Below are positions 1 through 11,964 of a stretch of DNA of 64,000 nt, in pieces. A program made the position numbers and the translations under genes. The notes under the pieces were generated by a model, which had not been told where the DNA came from, made no database searches, and worked only from the letters and a program-made list of their open reading frames with translations. Within the stretch, counting starts at the first letter, position 1. Each line of letters begins with the position of its first letter. This DNA comes from Squalus acanthias. Its lineage: Eukaryota. The stretch covers positions 134,046,001 through 134,110,000 of the forward strand of contig CM059431.1 in the NCBI GenBank assembly GCA_030390025.1, written 5' to 3'.

Positions 1-346
1 TACCTTAGTAAAGGAGCTGAAGCTTGTGCTAGGAACAGCTGCTCAGAGGACCCATCCCCAGCCTTACCTTTAACTGCTGTGAGCATTGGCCCTTCCCTTT
101 AAGGGAGGGAAGGAGCCTGCGAATCCGGCAGCACTGCATGCAACATTGACCAGCACTCTGCCGATACCACCCCCTCACTCCCTTTAGCGCTCTAAGGGAA
201 GTGGTAGCGCTTGATTTAGCGCTCCCCTTCCCTCTTGGAGCGCTACAACTGAATTTCGCGGGAGCCTCTCATCATTAGCACCTGGCTATAATTTTTCTGC
301 TTCTGAAGTTTTAGCGCCCCAAAAGGGGCTATAATGAATTTCTCCC
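1..346. mobile_element. Right end of a non-autonomous PIF/Harbinger-like DNA transposon, inserted into Gypsy pol
   Basis: Ends GAATTTCTCCC (346), the reverse complement of the GGGAGAAATTC TIR seen at 49241. It interrupts the Gypsy ORF: the last residues of ORF 286-1647 (GEIHYSPFWG...) are read from this insert. Confidence 0.65.
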
Positions 347-1647
347 ACAATGTTCTCAGTTTCTAGTCTTTTGAGTTCTTGCTCAACTTTCTCCTCGAGT
401 GCGTATGGTACAGGATGTGGCTTGTAGTAAACTGGTCTTGTGTCCTTCTGCATTCTGACACTCACCTTGAAGTCTTGGATCGGACTACCCGTTTCGCTGA
501 ACACCTTCGGATACTGCTTGATGACATCATCTTTCGAGGCAAATTTCGCTTCCGCATGAAAAATCTCATTCCAATCCAGCTTCAGTGATCCCAACCAACT
601 TCTACCTATCAAGGCAGGCTTGTCTCCTGCCACTACTATGAGAGGCAAGCTCTGACACTGATCCTTGTATTTCACTGGTATGGTGACACTTCCTACTACA
701 GGGATTTGCTCTCCCGAGTAGTCTCGCAGCTCTACCTTCGATTCCTCTAGTCGATAATCATGCAACTTGTCGTAATATAGCGATTCCAGTACTACGCTTA
801 CGGATGCACCAGTGTCGATTTCCATGGGTATCCTGGTTCCTGCAACATCTACTTGGATGACGATACCTCGCGAATCGCTGTTAGATACCTTCGTGCTCCT
901 GATGACGTGAATCTCCAGAAACTCCTCGTCCTGCTGCTGCTCTGCAACGGTATGTAGTGTCTGGTGATTTCTACTTCTAAGATTGCCAGTCGGTTTACTC
1001 TGCTTTCGGCACGCCTTCGCAAGATGCCCAGTTTTCTTGCAGTTGAAACACTCTGCCTTCACATATGGACAGCTTTGAGCAATGTGTTGTCCCAGGCACT
1101 GATATGACACTGATAGGCACGACTTCAATGCACTGTTACCTTGGCCAGTTGCTGAGACCTTGGGGCCCAACTGCCTTTTACTTTTAGCCTGCAGTCGATT
1201 CACCTCGGTTGTCTGATAACTGGAAATGGCGCGAAACTCTCGGGAGTATCGGTCAGCCATATCCATCGACATAGCTGTCTGAAAAGCTAAGTCAAAAGCT
1301 AAGTTATGGGTTGTCAACAATTTACTTCTGATATGTTCATTTTTCAACCCACAAACAAAGCGGTCACGCAAAGCTCGGTCCTGAAAGTTTCTGGAATGAC
1401 AGTGAATGGATGGCTTGGTGGGAACAAGCAAGTTTTTCAGGGTTTCATACACCTCGGGGCCTGCTTCAGTCAAAAAAATAGCCCTTTTCCTTTCTAAAAC
1501 CGCCCGGTTACAGGTGACATCATCGGGGACTTCGACGATACTATTCGCGGTGAAAAACATTTCTAGCCGCTTCACATACGCTCCGAAAGTCTCTCGGTCA
1601 CGATCGAACTCACCCAAGCGCCCTATTATTCCCCTAGGCGCGGCCAT
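347..1647 (-). pseudogene. Gypsy/Ty3 (Mag-like) gag-protease-start of RT, truncated
   Basis: Gag motif LRDRFVCGL, CCHC knuckle CFNCKKTGHLAKAC, aspartic protease IDTGAS and LIGRSWL, RT N-terminus PVPYALEEKVEQELKRLE. Gag looks internally deleted, and the ORF is cut by the MITE at 346. Confidence 0.9.
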
Positions 1648-1799
1648 CTGGACTCTGGCAACATCGACAGTTCAACCACGTGTGCTCGAAATTACCTCGG
1701 ATGTTTACGTTTTTTCTGCAAAACGAAGAACATCTAACAGTCCCTCCATCGGTTGGCAGGAATATCCTCCAACAAAAATTTCAGCTAGGGAATCTGCAG

Positions 1800-1816
1800 T
1801 CCCATCCTCATCGCCA
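1800..1816 (-). promoter_or_regulatory. Primer-binding site, tRNA-Ser(GCT)-like
   Basis: Minus strand TGGCGATGAGGATGGGA lies 4 nt inside the LTR. The plus strand TCCCATCCTCATCGCCA matches the vertebrate tRNA-Ser(GCT) 3' end as I recall it (TCCCATCCTCGTCGCCA) with one CpG-type change. Confidence 0.75.
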
Positions 1817-1820
1817 ATTC

Positions 1821-1962
1821 TGTGATATCTTGCATTTCATAGGCTGCAGTGTGGTCCCAGCATATATATACACAACTGCATAACATGGCTTCCAGTAAGA
1901 ACTGCACTGCCCATGTGCTTTATTACTATATGCATCAGTAGTCACCAGGTGGTGCTATTACA
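1821..1962 (-). repeat. Probable 5' LTR of the left Gypsy element
   Basis: TGTAAT...ATCACA termini on the minus strand, directly upstream of the PBS. No partner LTR in the window to confirm the boundaries. Confidence 0.55.
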
Positions 1963-2179
1963 ATCAGGACAAAAGAACATTACAAGTCAGATACTATAAT
2001 CCAACTCAGATCTTAAGGGTGATTAACCCAAAACTGTCCATGTTACACAACCAAAAAGAAAACATGATCTCAACAGTTCAACTAAAGAAAGTATGTTTTC
2101 AAATCAAACTTAGAGGACATAGAACAATGAAATGATCAAACTGGACTGAGAAAGACCTTAATCAAAAAACAGAGGAATT

Positions 2180-2539
2180 GTGTATCACATTAGAAAGACA
2201 GGTGAAAAGGGTAAAGAGAAACAAAACGAGTCTGAAACCCCTTGTTCCAAATTCAAGGAAAATACACGTGAAGAAGCAGCAGAGGAAGAGGCTGAAAAAG
2301 CAGAGAACAAAGCTGACCAAGAAGCTAAATCTGATGAAGAAGCTGTGAAAGAAGAGGACACAAAGACAGAAAAAGCTGAGGACGAAGATAAAGCAAAATC
2401 AACTGTAGAAGAGAAAGCCAAAGAAAAAATAAAAGTAGAGAAAGAGGATGTGAAAAAGGGAGGAAAGGAGCAACCAAAGGAAAAGCAAGAAAAAGACCCT
2501 ACCAACAACCAAAAAGAACCAGTGAAAAAGGTCGATTAG
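2180..2539 (+). other. Lys/Glu-rich open frame of unknown origin
   Basis: 119-aa frame with protein-like K/E/A composition (EEAAEEEAEKAENKADQEAKSDEE). Non-ATG start and no convincing splice sites. Confidence 0.3.
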
Positions 2540-2574
2540 TAAAAAAAAACAGTTGAAACTAAAGTAAAAGATTA

Positions 2575-3192
2575 GGGCCTAGAAATTGGATAGTGCTTAA
2601 AAATGGGCGCGGGCACCACAAAGTAAGATATTCCCGCACCCGTTGACGTGAACTTCATGCTGCCTGCTAATTATAATGATTGTAGCACACAGCCTAGCGC
2701 TCAAAGTGCTGCTGACAGGCTGTGCGCTCAGCAGGGGGCCTAAGTTTGCGTTGTTCGAGCAAGGCTAGCTTTACTTAAAGCTAGCCTGCTCCTCTTAAAG
2801 GCAGTCTGCACCTCTTAAAGGTGAGCTGCCTTCTGCAAATGAAAAATTTTAAACGTGCTTCAGCACAAGGCAGTCTACATCTCTGAAAGGTGAGCTGCCT
2901 TCTGCTGATGAAAAATGGTAAATGTGCTTCAGCACTAACCCAAATATCTCAACAGACCAGGGAAAGGGCACCAGGGTCTCGGATGCAGCACTCGAGCTTT
3001 GTGCAGGGGGTCAACACTGGAAGAGAGGTCCTCTACCCACAGGGGACCAGGAGGCGCTCCAGAAGGAAGGATGTGGGACCAGATCGCCGAGGAGGTCACT
3101 GCCAGCATTTTCGCCCCCAGGACCTGGCTCTAGTGCCCAAAGAAGTTTCATGACCTCAGACGAGCGATCAAGGTCAGTGAATGCATCTTCAA
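2575..3192 (+). mobile_element. Harbinger element 5' part with decayed Myb/SANT-like exon 1
   Basis: Starts GGGCCTAGAAATTGG (TIR type). 2955-3172 reads across frameshifts RERAP.SDAALE..VQGVNTGREVLYP...WDQIAEEV...PRTW.*CPKKFHDLRRAIK, followed by a GTCAGT donor. Confidence 0.75.
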
Positions 3193-5865
3193 CGGCAATG
3201 GTAGCGTAGTGGTTATGTTACTGGATTAGTAATCCAGAGGCCTGGACTAATGATCCAGAAACATGAGTTCAAATCCCACCACGACAGCTGGGCAATTTAA
3301 GTTCAGTTAATTAAATAAATCTGGAATATAAAGCTAGTATCAGTAATGGTGACCATGAAACTATCGGATTGTCGTAAAAACCCATCTGGTTCACTAATGT
3401 CATTTAGGGAAGGAAATCTGCCGTCCTTACCTGGTCTGGCCTATATGTGACTCCAGACCCACAGCAATGTGGTTGACTCTTAACTACCCTCTGAAATGGC
3501 CTAGCAAGCCATGCAGTTATAAAAAACCGCTACGAAAAACTTTAAGAATAAAACCGGACCTCGGCACCGGCTACGGAAACAGCAACGGCACACCCTGCAA
3601 AGTCCTCCTCACCAACATCTGGGGAATTATGCCAAAATTGGGAGAGCTGTCCCACAGACTAGTCAAGCAAACAGCCTGACGTAGTCATACTCACAGAATC
3701 AAACCTTTCAGCCAATGTCCCAAACTCCTCCATCACCATCCCACCAGCAGGACAGACTTGCCAGGGGTGGCGGCACAGTGGTATACAGTCGGGATTCCTC
3801 AACATTCAGTCCGGACCCCATGAAGTCTCTTGGCTTCAGGACAAGCATGGGCAAGGAAACCTCCTGCTGATTACCACCTACTGCCCTCCCTCACCTCAGC
3901 TGATGAATCAGTACTCCACTTGGAAGAAGCATGGAGGGTAGCAAGGGCACAGAATGTACTCTGGGTGGGGACTTCAATGTCCATCACCAAGAGTGGCTTG
4001 GTAGCACCACAGCTGGCCAAGTCTTGAAGGGCGACAGGTGGAGAACCAACACGAGGGAAAAACTTACTTGATCTACCTGTCGCAGATGCATCTGTCCATG
4101 ACAGCATTGGTAGCAGTGACCACCGCACAGTCACTGCGGAGATGAAGTCCCGTCTTCACACTGAGGACACCCTCCATCGTGTTGTGTGGCACTACCACCA
4201 TGCCAAATGGGATAGATTCAGAACAGATCTAGCAGCTCAAAACTGGGCATCCATGAGGCGCTGTGGGTCATCAGCAGCAGCAGAATTGTATTCCACCACA
4301 ATCTGTAACCTCATGGCCCGGCATATCCCTCACTTGACCATTACCATCAAGCCAGGGGACCAACCCTGGTTTAATGAGTGTAGAAGAGCATGCCAGGAGC
4401 AGCACCAGGCGTACTTAAAAATACGGTGCCGACCTGGGGAAGTTGCAACACATGCATGCTAAAAAGCAGAAGCAGCATGCAATAGAGAGAGCTAAGCGAT
4501 CCCACTATCAACGGTTAAGATCAAAGCCCTGAAGTCCTGCCACATCCAGTCGTGAATGGTGGTGGACCATGAAAAATCTAACAGGAGGAGAAGGCTCCAT
4601 GAATAGCCCCATCCCCAATGATGGTGGAGCCCAGCACGTGAGTGCAAAAGACAAAGCTGAAGCATTTTGCAACCATCTTCAGCCAGAAGTGCCGAGTGGA
4701 TGATCCATATCGGCCTACTCCTGAGGTCCCCACCATCACAGAAGCCAGTCTTCAGCCAACTCGATTCACTCCACGTGATATCAAGAAACGGCTGGGCACA
4801 CTGGATACAGCAAAGGCTGTGGGCCCCGACAACATCCCGGCTGTCGAGCTGAAGACTTGTGCTCCAGAACTAGCCGCACCTCTAGCCAAGCTGTTCCATT
4901 ACAGCTATAACACTGGCATCTACCTGACAATGTGAAAAACTGCCCAGGTATGTCCTGTCCACAAAAAGCAGGACAAATCCAATCCGGCCAATTACCGCCC
5001 CATCAGTCTACTCTCAATCATCAGCAAAGTGATGGAAGGTGTCGTCAACAGTGCTATCAAGCAGCACTTACTCATCAATAACCTGCTCACTGATGCCCAA
5101 AATGGGTTCCGCCAGGACCACTCGGCTCCCGACCTCATTACAGCCTTGGTCCAAACATGGACAAAGGAGCTGAATTCCAGAAGTGAGGTGAGAGTGACTG
5201 CCCTTGACATCAGGGCAGCATTTGACCGAGTGTGGCATCAAGGAGCCCTAGTAAAACTGAAGTCAATGGGAATCGGGGGGAAAACTCTCCACTGGCTGGA
5301 GTCATACCTAGCACAAAGGAAGATGGATGTGGTGGTTGGAGGTCAATCATCTCAGCCCCAGGACATCGCTGCAGGAGTTCCTCAGGGCAGTGTCCTAGGC
5401 CCAACCATCTTCAGCTGCTTCATCAATGACCTTCCCTCCATCATAAGGTCAGAAATGGGGATGTTCGCTGATGACTGCACAGTGTTCAGTGCCATTCGCA
5501 ACTCCTCAGATAATGAAGCAGTCCATGCCTGAATGCAACAAGACCTGGACGACATTCAGGGTTGGGCTGATAAGTGGCAGGTAACATTCGCGCCACACAA
5601 GTGCCAGACAATGACTATCCCCAACAAGCGAGCATCTAACACCGCCCCTTGACATTCAACGGCATTACCATCACCGAATCCCCTACCATCAATATCCTGG
5701 GGATCACCATTGACCAGAAACTTAACTGGACCAGCCACATAAATACTGTGGCAACAAGAGCAGGTCAGAGGCTGGCTATTCTGCAGCGAGTGTCTCACCT
5801 CCTGACTCCCCAAAGCCTTTCCACCTTCTACAAGGCACAAGTCAGGAGTGTAATGGAATACTCTC

Positions 5866-6074
5866 TGACATGAATCTTGTATGAAGTAATACTGGACGAC
5901 CTGCTGGTGGCGCTGTCCAGGGAGAGTATAAATACTCGGGCATGGGCCCAGCTTGCTTAGGACATTCCTCAACAGGAACTAGTAAAAGACACAACTAGAT
6001 CTCCATGTTGTAAAACAGTTGATTAAAGCTTTGTTTAACACTTAGACCAAGTGCCTAGTAGTTTTCTTACGTCA
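5866..6074 (+). repeat. 5' LTR
   Basis: Direct repeat of 9987-10195 with 9 substitutions counted by eye. Contains TATAAA and ATTAAA (6022-6027). Confidence 0.97.
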
Positions 6075-6174
6075 ATTTAATCAACTGGACCTGCTCCACG
6101 CTCTGAGTGGTTTTGGGAACAGACGGCTACGACTCAAACGGTAGAAGGGAACCAGGTATAATAATCAATCCATC

Positions 6175-9100
6175 ATGGAGAAACTACTCCAACCCGCCCG
6201 TCTCGACCTGGACCCGAATTCACCTACAACTGCTAAGGTATGGAAACACTGGTATCGTACCTTCAGCAACTACCTCAGGGCATGTGGTGAGAATGTTCCT
6301 GATAAGTTAGAGATACTTGCCAATTATGTATCCCCTTATCTGTTTGACTGTATCGAAGACTGTGTAGACTATGACTCCGCTATCCGAATACTATAGCAAC
6401 TATATGTTAAGGCCCCAAACGAAATTTTTGCTCGGCATCTACTGGCCACAACTCGACAACAACCCGGGGTATCACTTGACGAATTCCTTCAAAAGCTTCG
6501 CAGGCTCAGCAAAGATTGTAATCTCAAGGCTGTCTCAGCTGAGCAGTACCAGGAGGAGTTAATTCATGATTCTTTTATTAATGGAATTGCGTCTCCCTTC
6601 ATACGCCAGTGTCTGCTGGAGAATAAAACCCTCGAGTTACAAGCTGCCTATGACCAGGCATATTCTCTGGACTTGGCAAAAAAAAATGCAGATGCCTATC
6701 TTTTACCACATGCACGGACTGCTGCTATCACTTTTAGTGACTCCTCCGATAAGCCTCAGGCGGAAGCCCTCACTGATGATGACTCTATCCTAGCTGATGA
6801 CGACCCTACCTTAGCAGCATCTTGGCAATCTAAAAGGAAGTGTTTCTTCTGTGGAGGTGCATTTCATTATAGGAAATTTTGTCCTGCCCGTAATGCAATC
6901 AGCAATCATTGCAGTAAGAAAGGTCACTTCTCGAAAGAATGTCAGTCAAGAGCCTCTTCTAGGGTTACAGCTGCTCCCTATAAAACTGCTCCTCCCCCAA
7001 GAGTTACTGCTAATGTTACAGCTGTCATCTATAAAACTGCTCCTCCCCCAAGAGACACTACTAATGTTACAGCTGTCAAGGATAAAACTGCCCCTCCTCC
7101 CATCACAGCTGTTTTTCCCCAAAGCCTGTCCCATGCAGCCACGAAAGTTTCGGTAAATGGGCACATTTTTAGTGCATTAATCGACTCATGCAGCTCTGAC
7201 AGCTTCATCAGTGAGTTAAAACTGCGTATTTACCCCTCGGACAGGGAAATTGCAATGGCTGACGACACTGACCACTAACTCTTCCGGCTTTTGTCTTGTC
7301 GACCTTATTCTCAATGGCCGCACTTATTTCTCTACCCGGCTCGGGGTGCTCAAAAACCTATGCAGTGATGTGCTCCTGGGACAGGATTTCCAGAAACAAC
7401 ACAAAAGACTCACTTTCGAGTTTGGAGGATCAAAGCCGGAGCTTACTATTTCCAAAGTACCGTTTTGTGCACTTTCGGCGGCTTTGCGAGCCCTCCTTGT
7501 TTGCCAATCTTTCCCCCCGATATAAGCCCATAGCCACTAAATCACGATGTTTCAGCCAAGATGACCTATCCTTTATCGAGGCAGAGATCTCTCGCCTTCT
7601 AGCTGACGGTATCATTGAGCCATGTTCATCTTCCTGGCGGGCTCAAGTCGTCGTTGTTAAAAATCCTCTGAAGCAACACAAGAAACGTCTTTGCATCGAT
7701 TACTCGCAAACTATTAACCAGTATACCGACCTGGATGCCTACCCACTACCACGCATCGATGACATGGTCAATAACCTTGCTAACTACAAGGTATTTTCAA
7801 CTTTTGACTTAAAGAGCGCATACCATCAAGTACCGTTAAAGGACTCTGACAAAAAGTATACGGCTTTTGAGGCCAATGGTCGGCTTTACCAGTTTCGTCG
7901 CCTTCCATTCGGGGTCACCAATGGGGTGGCCGTCTTTCAATGGGCAATGGATAGCCTAGTCAAACAGGAGAACTTAACAGACACTTTTCCATATCTGGAT
8001 AATATCACCATTGCTGGTCATGACCAGAAGGAGCATGATGCCAACCTCCAGAAATTTCTTGACGTTCTCCGTCGTCGCAACTTAACCTTAAATGAGTCCA
8101 AGTCTGTGAAATCAGTACCATCAGTACCTCGGAATGTTCGCCTATTATGCGAAGTGGATACCTCACTTTTCTGACAAGATCCAGCCTCTGCTTCACGCAA
8201 AGTCATTTCCATTGGAGGCGAGGGCTATTTCAGCTTTCGACCTCTTCAAGCAACAACTGGTAAAAAGCCACGCTTCATTCCATCGATGAAAATCTCCCTT
8301 TCGTGGTCGAGTGCGATGCATCGGAGGTGGCGATCTCGGCTGCCTTGAATCAAGACGGTCGACCCGTTGCATTTCTGTCTAGAACTTTGCAAGGTAGCGA
8401 GCTCCATTATCCTCCTGTCGAGAAGGAGGCTATGGCTATCATCGAAGCAGTACGTAAATGGAGTCATTTTCTCGCTCGTTGCCATTTCACGCTCATAACT
8501 GATCAGCGCTTGGTGGCCTTTATGCTAGATAACCAGAAATCAAGAATAACAAAATACAGCTCTGGAGGATGGAATTGGCCGCCTTTGGCTACACCATACA
8601 GTATCGACTCGGCAAGGAGAATGTGGCCTCGGATACCCTCACGCGTGCATTCTGCTCTTCCATGTCAACTTCGACTCTTGCGGATCTTCATACTGACTTA
8701 TGCCATCCTGGCGTTACCCGTATGTTGCACTTTGTGCGATCTAAAAATCTCCCATTTTCTACTTAAGATGTGAAAAGAACATGCTCCACTTGTAGAATTT
8801 GCGCGGAATTAAAACCGCAATTCTTCCGTCCGTCGGATGGCTCGCTCATACACGCTACACAGCCTATGCAGCAACTCAGCATTGACTTTAAAGGGCCATT
8901 GTCTTCCTCAACGCGAAACACCTACTTGCTTACTATGGTGGACGAATATTCACACTTTCCCTTTGCTTTCCCCTGTCCCAATATGCTTACTTCCACAGTG
9001 ATCAAATGCCTCGATCAGGTCTTTTCCCAATGCGGTACGGCCAATTTCATCCACTCTGATCGGGGTCCCTCCTTCATGTCAAGCGAACTCAAAAGTTATC

Positions 9101-9946
9101 TTTCCCAACAGGAAATCACCACAAGTAAAACAACACCGTATCATCCTATTGGAAATGGACAGGTTGAGAGATACAACACTATCATTTGGAACGCTGTTCG
9201 TCTTGCACTGAGGTCACGCAATCTACCAGACCAGCAGTGGGAAACTATGCTCCCTGACGCGTTGCATTCCATCAGGTCTCTTCTTTCTACATCCATCAAT
9301 GTTACTCCTCACGAACGATTCTTCGGGTTCCAGCGTCGCTCCACTCATGGGACGTCCCTACCATCATGGTTGGCAGCTCCTGGCTCCGTGCTGCTCCGAA
9401 GATTTGTATAATCCTCCAAGAGTGATCCCCTCGTTGACGAGGTGGAACTAACGGATGTCAATCCTACATACGCGTACGTGTGGTACCCTGATGGCCGGGA
9501 GTCCAGTTTCACTTCGGGATCTGGCTCCCTGCCCAACCGGTCCCACGGACCCAATCGATAGAGAGATCCATATTAACGACGCCGATACTCCGCGCTCCTC
9601 CGAGGATGACGCCCTACCCGGGACATCAAGGGATCTGCCAGCTACTCCGCTGGATCAACCCGGGGAACAGAGCGCTCCCCGCGGGATGGCCACCCGAAGC
9701 CAGGACGCCGGTCAATTACCGGCTACTGAGCAGGATGAAGCCAGCTCTGCGCCGGTGGGGACCCGCACCCGGAGCCACGATCTCCCCAGTCCCCCTCAGG
9801 TCGATCAAGGCGACACGGACTCTGCCAGCCCGCCGGTACGAACCAAGCGACCTAGTGACCAAAACACGGTCCGAGGAGACGTGCCTTCCGGCCTCCAACG
9901 GAAATCCAAACAACTGCGTCTATTCTTAGTCCGGCTAATTCGGTAG
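6175..9946 (+). pseudogene. gag-pol of the Gypsy element, multiple stops and frameshifts
   Basis: Gag PARLDLDPNSP..WKHW, CFFCGG..H...CPA knuckle, protease LIDSCS, RT LCIDYS / FDLKSAYHQ / YLDN, RNase H VECDAS, integrase SIDFKGP / HSDRGPSF / NGQVER. Confidence 0.93.
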
Positions 9947-9986
9947 AAGGAAGCAGCCGGACTTCCAATCTTTCAGGCGGGAAGAA

Positions 9987-10195
9987 TGACATGAATCTTG
10001 TATGAAGTAAGACTGGGCGGCCTGCTGGTGGCGCTGTCCATGGAGAGTATAAATACTCGGGCATGGGCCCAGCTTGCTTAGGACATTCCTCAACAGGAAT
10101 TAGTGAAGGACACAACTAGATCTCCATGTTGGAAAACAGTTGATTAAAGCTTTGTTTAACGCTTAGACCAAGTGCCTAGTAGTTTTCTTACGTCA
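9987..10195 (+). repeat. 3' LTR
   Basis: Preceded by the polypurine tract and followed by TSD CTCTC. Confidence 0.97.
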
Positions 10196-11964
10196 CTCTC
10201 CACTTGCCTGGATGAGTGCAGCTCCAACAACACTCAAGAAGCTCGACACCATCCAAGACAAAGCGGCCCGCTTGATTGGCACCCCATCAACCATCTTAAA
10301 CATTCACTCCCTCCACCGCCGGTGTACTGTGGCTGCAGTGTGTACCTTCTACAAGATGCACTGCAGCAACTCGCCAAGGCTGCTTCGGGTGCACCTCCCA
10401 AACCCGTGACCTCTACCACCTAGAAGGACAAGGGCAGCAGATGCATGGGAACACCACCACTTCCAAGTTCCCCTCCAAGTCACACACCATCCTGACTTAG
10501 AAGTATATCGCTGTTCCTTCATCGTCGCTGGGTCAAAATCCTGGAACTCCCTCCCTAACAGCACTGTGCGAGTACCTTCACCACACGGACTGCAGCGGTG
10601 CAAGAAGGTGGCTCACCACCACTTCTCAAGGGCAATTAGGGATTGGCAATAAATGCTGGGCTTGCCAGCGACACCCACATCTCATGAACGAATAAAAAAA
10701 AAGTCCCTCATTGGCTGTAAAGTGCCTTGGGACATCCAGTGGTCATGGAAGGCGTTATAAAAAGTTTTTCTTTCTTTAACTGCAGGTGAAGATTTAGATG
10801 TGTATAGGGTGCATGCTAATGGAGAGAGTTTAAAATTTAATGCAGGCTAAATTGAAAAGAAATGAGAACAATTAAAGGAAAGGGGCAGAAAAGAGGGACA
10901 AACATCCTTGCAGTCTTATGAAAGGCTCAAAATGCATTTCAACACATCGGCAGTTTTTGCCAAGGCCAAAGCAGGACAGTCAAAAATGAATTGAAAGGAA
11001 ACCCAGTGTGCAGGCACGAGTCTGCAGGCAACTGATGGAGCAGCTCAATACCCAACCCCTGAGTAAAGATGGTGCTGCAGGACGTGATTGTGAGGAGGAT
11101 GGCCCTGGTTGGCAATCTTTGGTACCATTCTCACAAATGAGGTTTGCAGTAACCTGAAGGTCGGTGGAGGCAAATTTAACACCTGGATGTGCCAGCCCTA
11201 TCATGCATGGTAATTACAGGTGCTTCAGCAGATGGATAGCTCTGCATCTGCCTCTTTGCTTATTCAGGCCCAGCGAAGACAGTTTCAACATTTGTTGCCA
11301 GATATTGTTGACGGCATCTCTGTTGGTGTAACCAATTAGGCTGTGCTGGCTACTGATCACCTTGGCGTGCCTTCTTTCATGCAACACCATTTAAAGCATG
11401 GTACTTCTGTAAATGCAGCCAAAGCACAAAATGGGTGGAGATCTGGCATTACGGATCTCCAAACACTTTTCCAATCAGGTTTACCTGATCGTAAATATAA
11501 TTGCAAAGTGTACCTCGCTGTCTCTTTTTGTGTTCTTTACTCAGTGCGTAGTATCTCACTATGGTCAATATAAAGAATAATTTTATGAATGTGTGTTTCC
11601 AGCAGGGAGCCTTGCCAAGAAACTGTGGATGGACTGCCAATCAGGAACATGTGACAATTTCCCAATATGTGATCCTGACAAGCAAAACTCCTCATCAGAA
11701 GCACATATTTATACATCAGTCATATATAGTGTGCAATTAATCTGCTTCACCAACTGCATAATGTCTCTCTTTAGTGTGTGCTACTTACTACAGTGCCCAT
11801 TTTTGGTATGCTTTATTCAGTACTTTGTGTCATCAAGGGAATTGTATACTCACATCAGTCATGTTGCTGACTTACCAGCAAGTTTCATACTTCATAAAAT
11901 CGTACAATGTTAGTAGATGATACAAGTATCTTAGATACCAGTTACTGGGAAGGATCTACATCTG

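Larger units (their letters stand above)
5866..10195 (+). mobile_element. Full-length Gypsy/Ty3 LTR retrotransposon, decayed
   Basis: Two 209-bp TG..CA LTRs, 5-bp TSD CTCTC (5861-5865, 10196-10200), PPT AGGCGGGAAGAA before the 3' LTR, gene order gag-PR-RT-RH-IN. Confidence 0.97.
3193..10702 (+). mobile_element. CR1/L2-group LINE (family A) with tRNA-like head, decayed; split by Gypsy insertion 5866-10195
   Basis: A/B boxes at 3202-3212 and 3267-3276. EN start LLTNIWG, RT motifs ALDIRAAFDRVWH, GVPQGSVLGP and FADD. Sequence resumes seamlessly at 10201. Tail AAGGGCAATTAGGG...AATAAA-poly(A). Confidence 0.85.

Noticed and set aside
3195..3285. Functional tRNA gene
   Set aside because: No good acceptor stem or terminator; continuous with a repeat body. 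The same applies to the SINE heads at 32695 and 34454.
9455..9946. Separate env-like or accessory gene after integrase
   Set aside because: Begins with the frameshifted integrase C-terminus (VSLRDLAP) followed by a low-complexity tail; no signal peptide or transmembrane segment.
10980..11560. Possible very old transposase relic on the minus strand
   Set aside because: Only vague motif resemblance; not supportable without a profile search.
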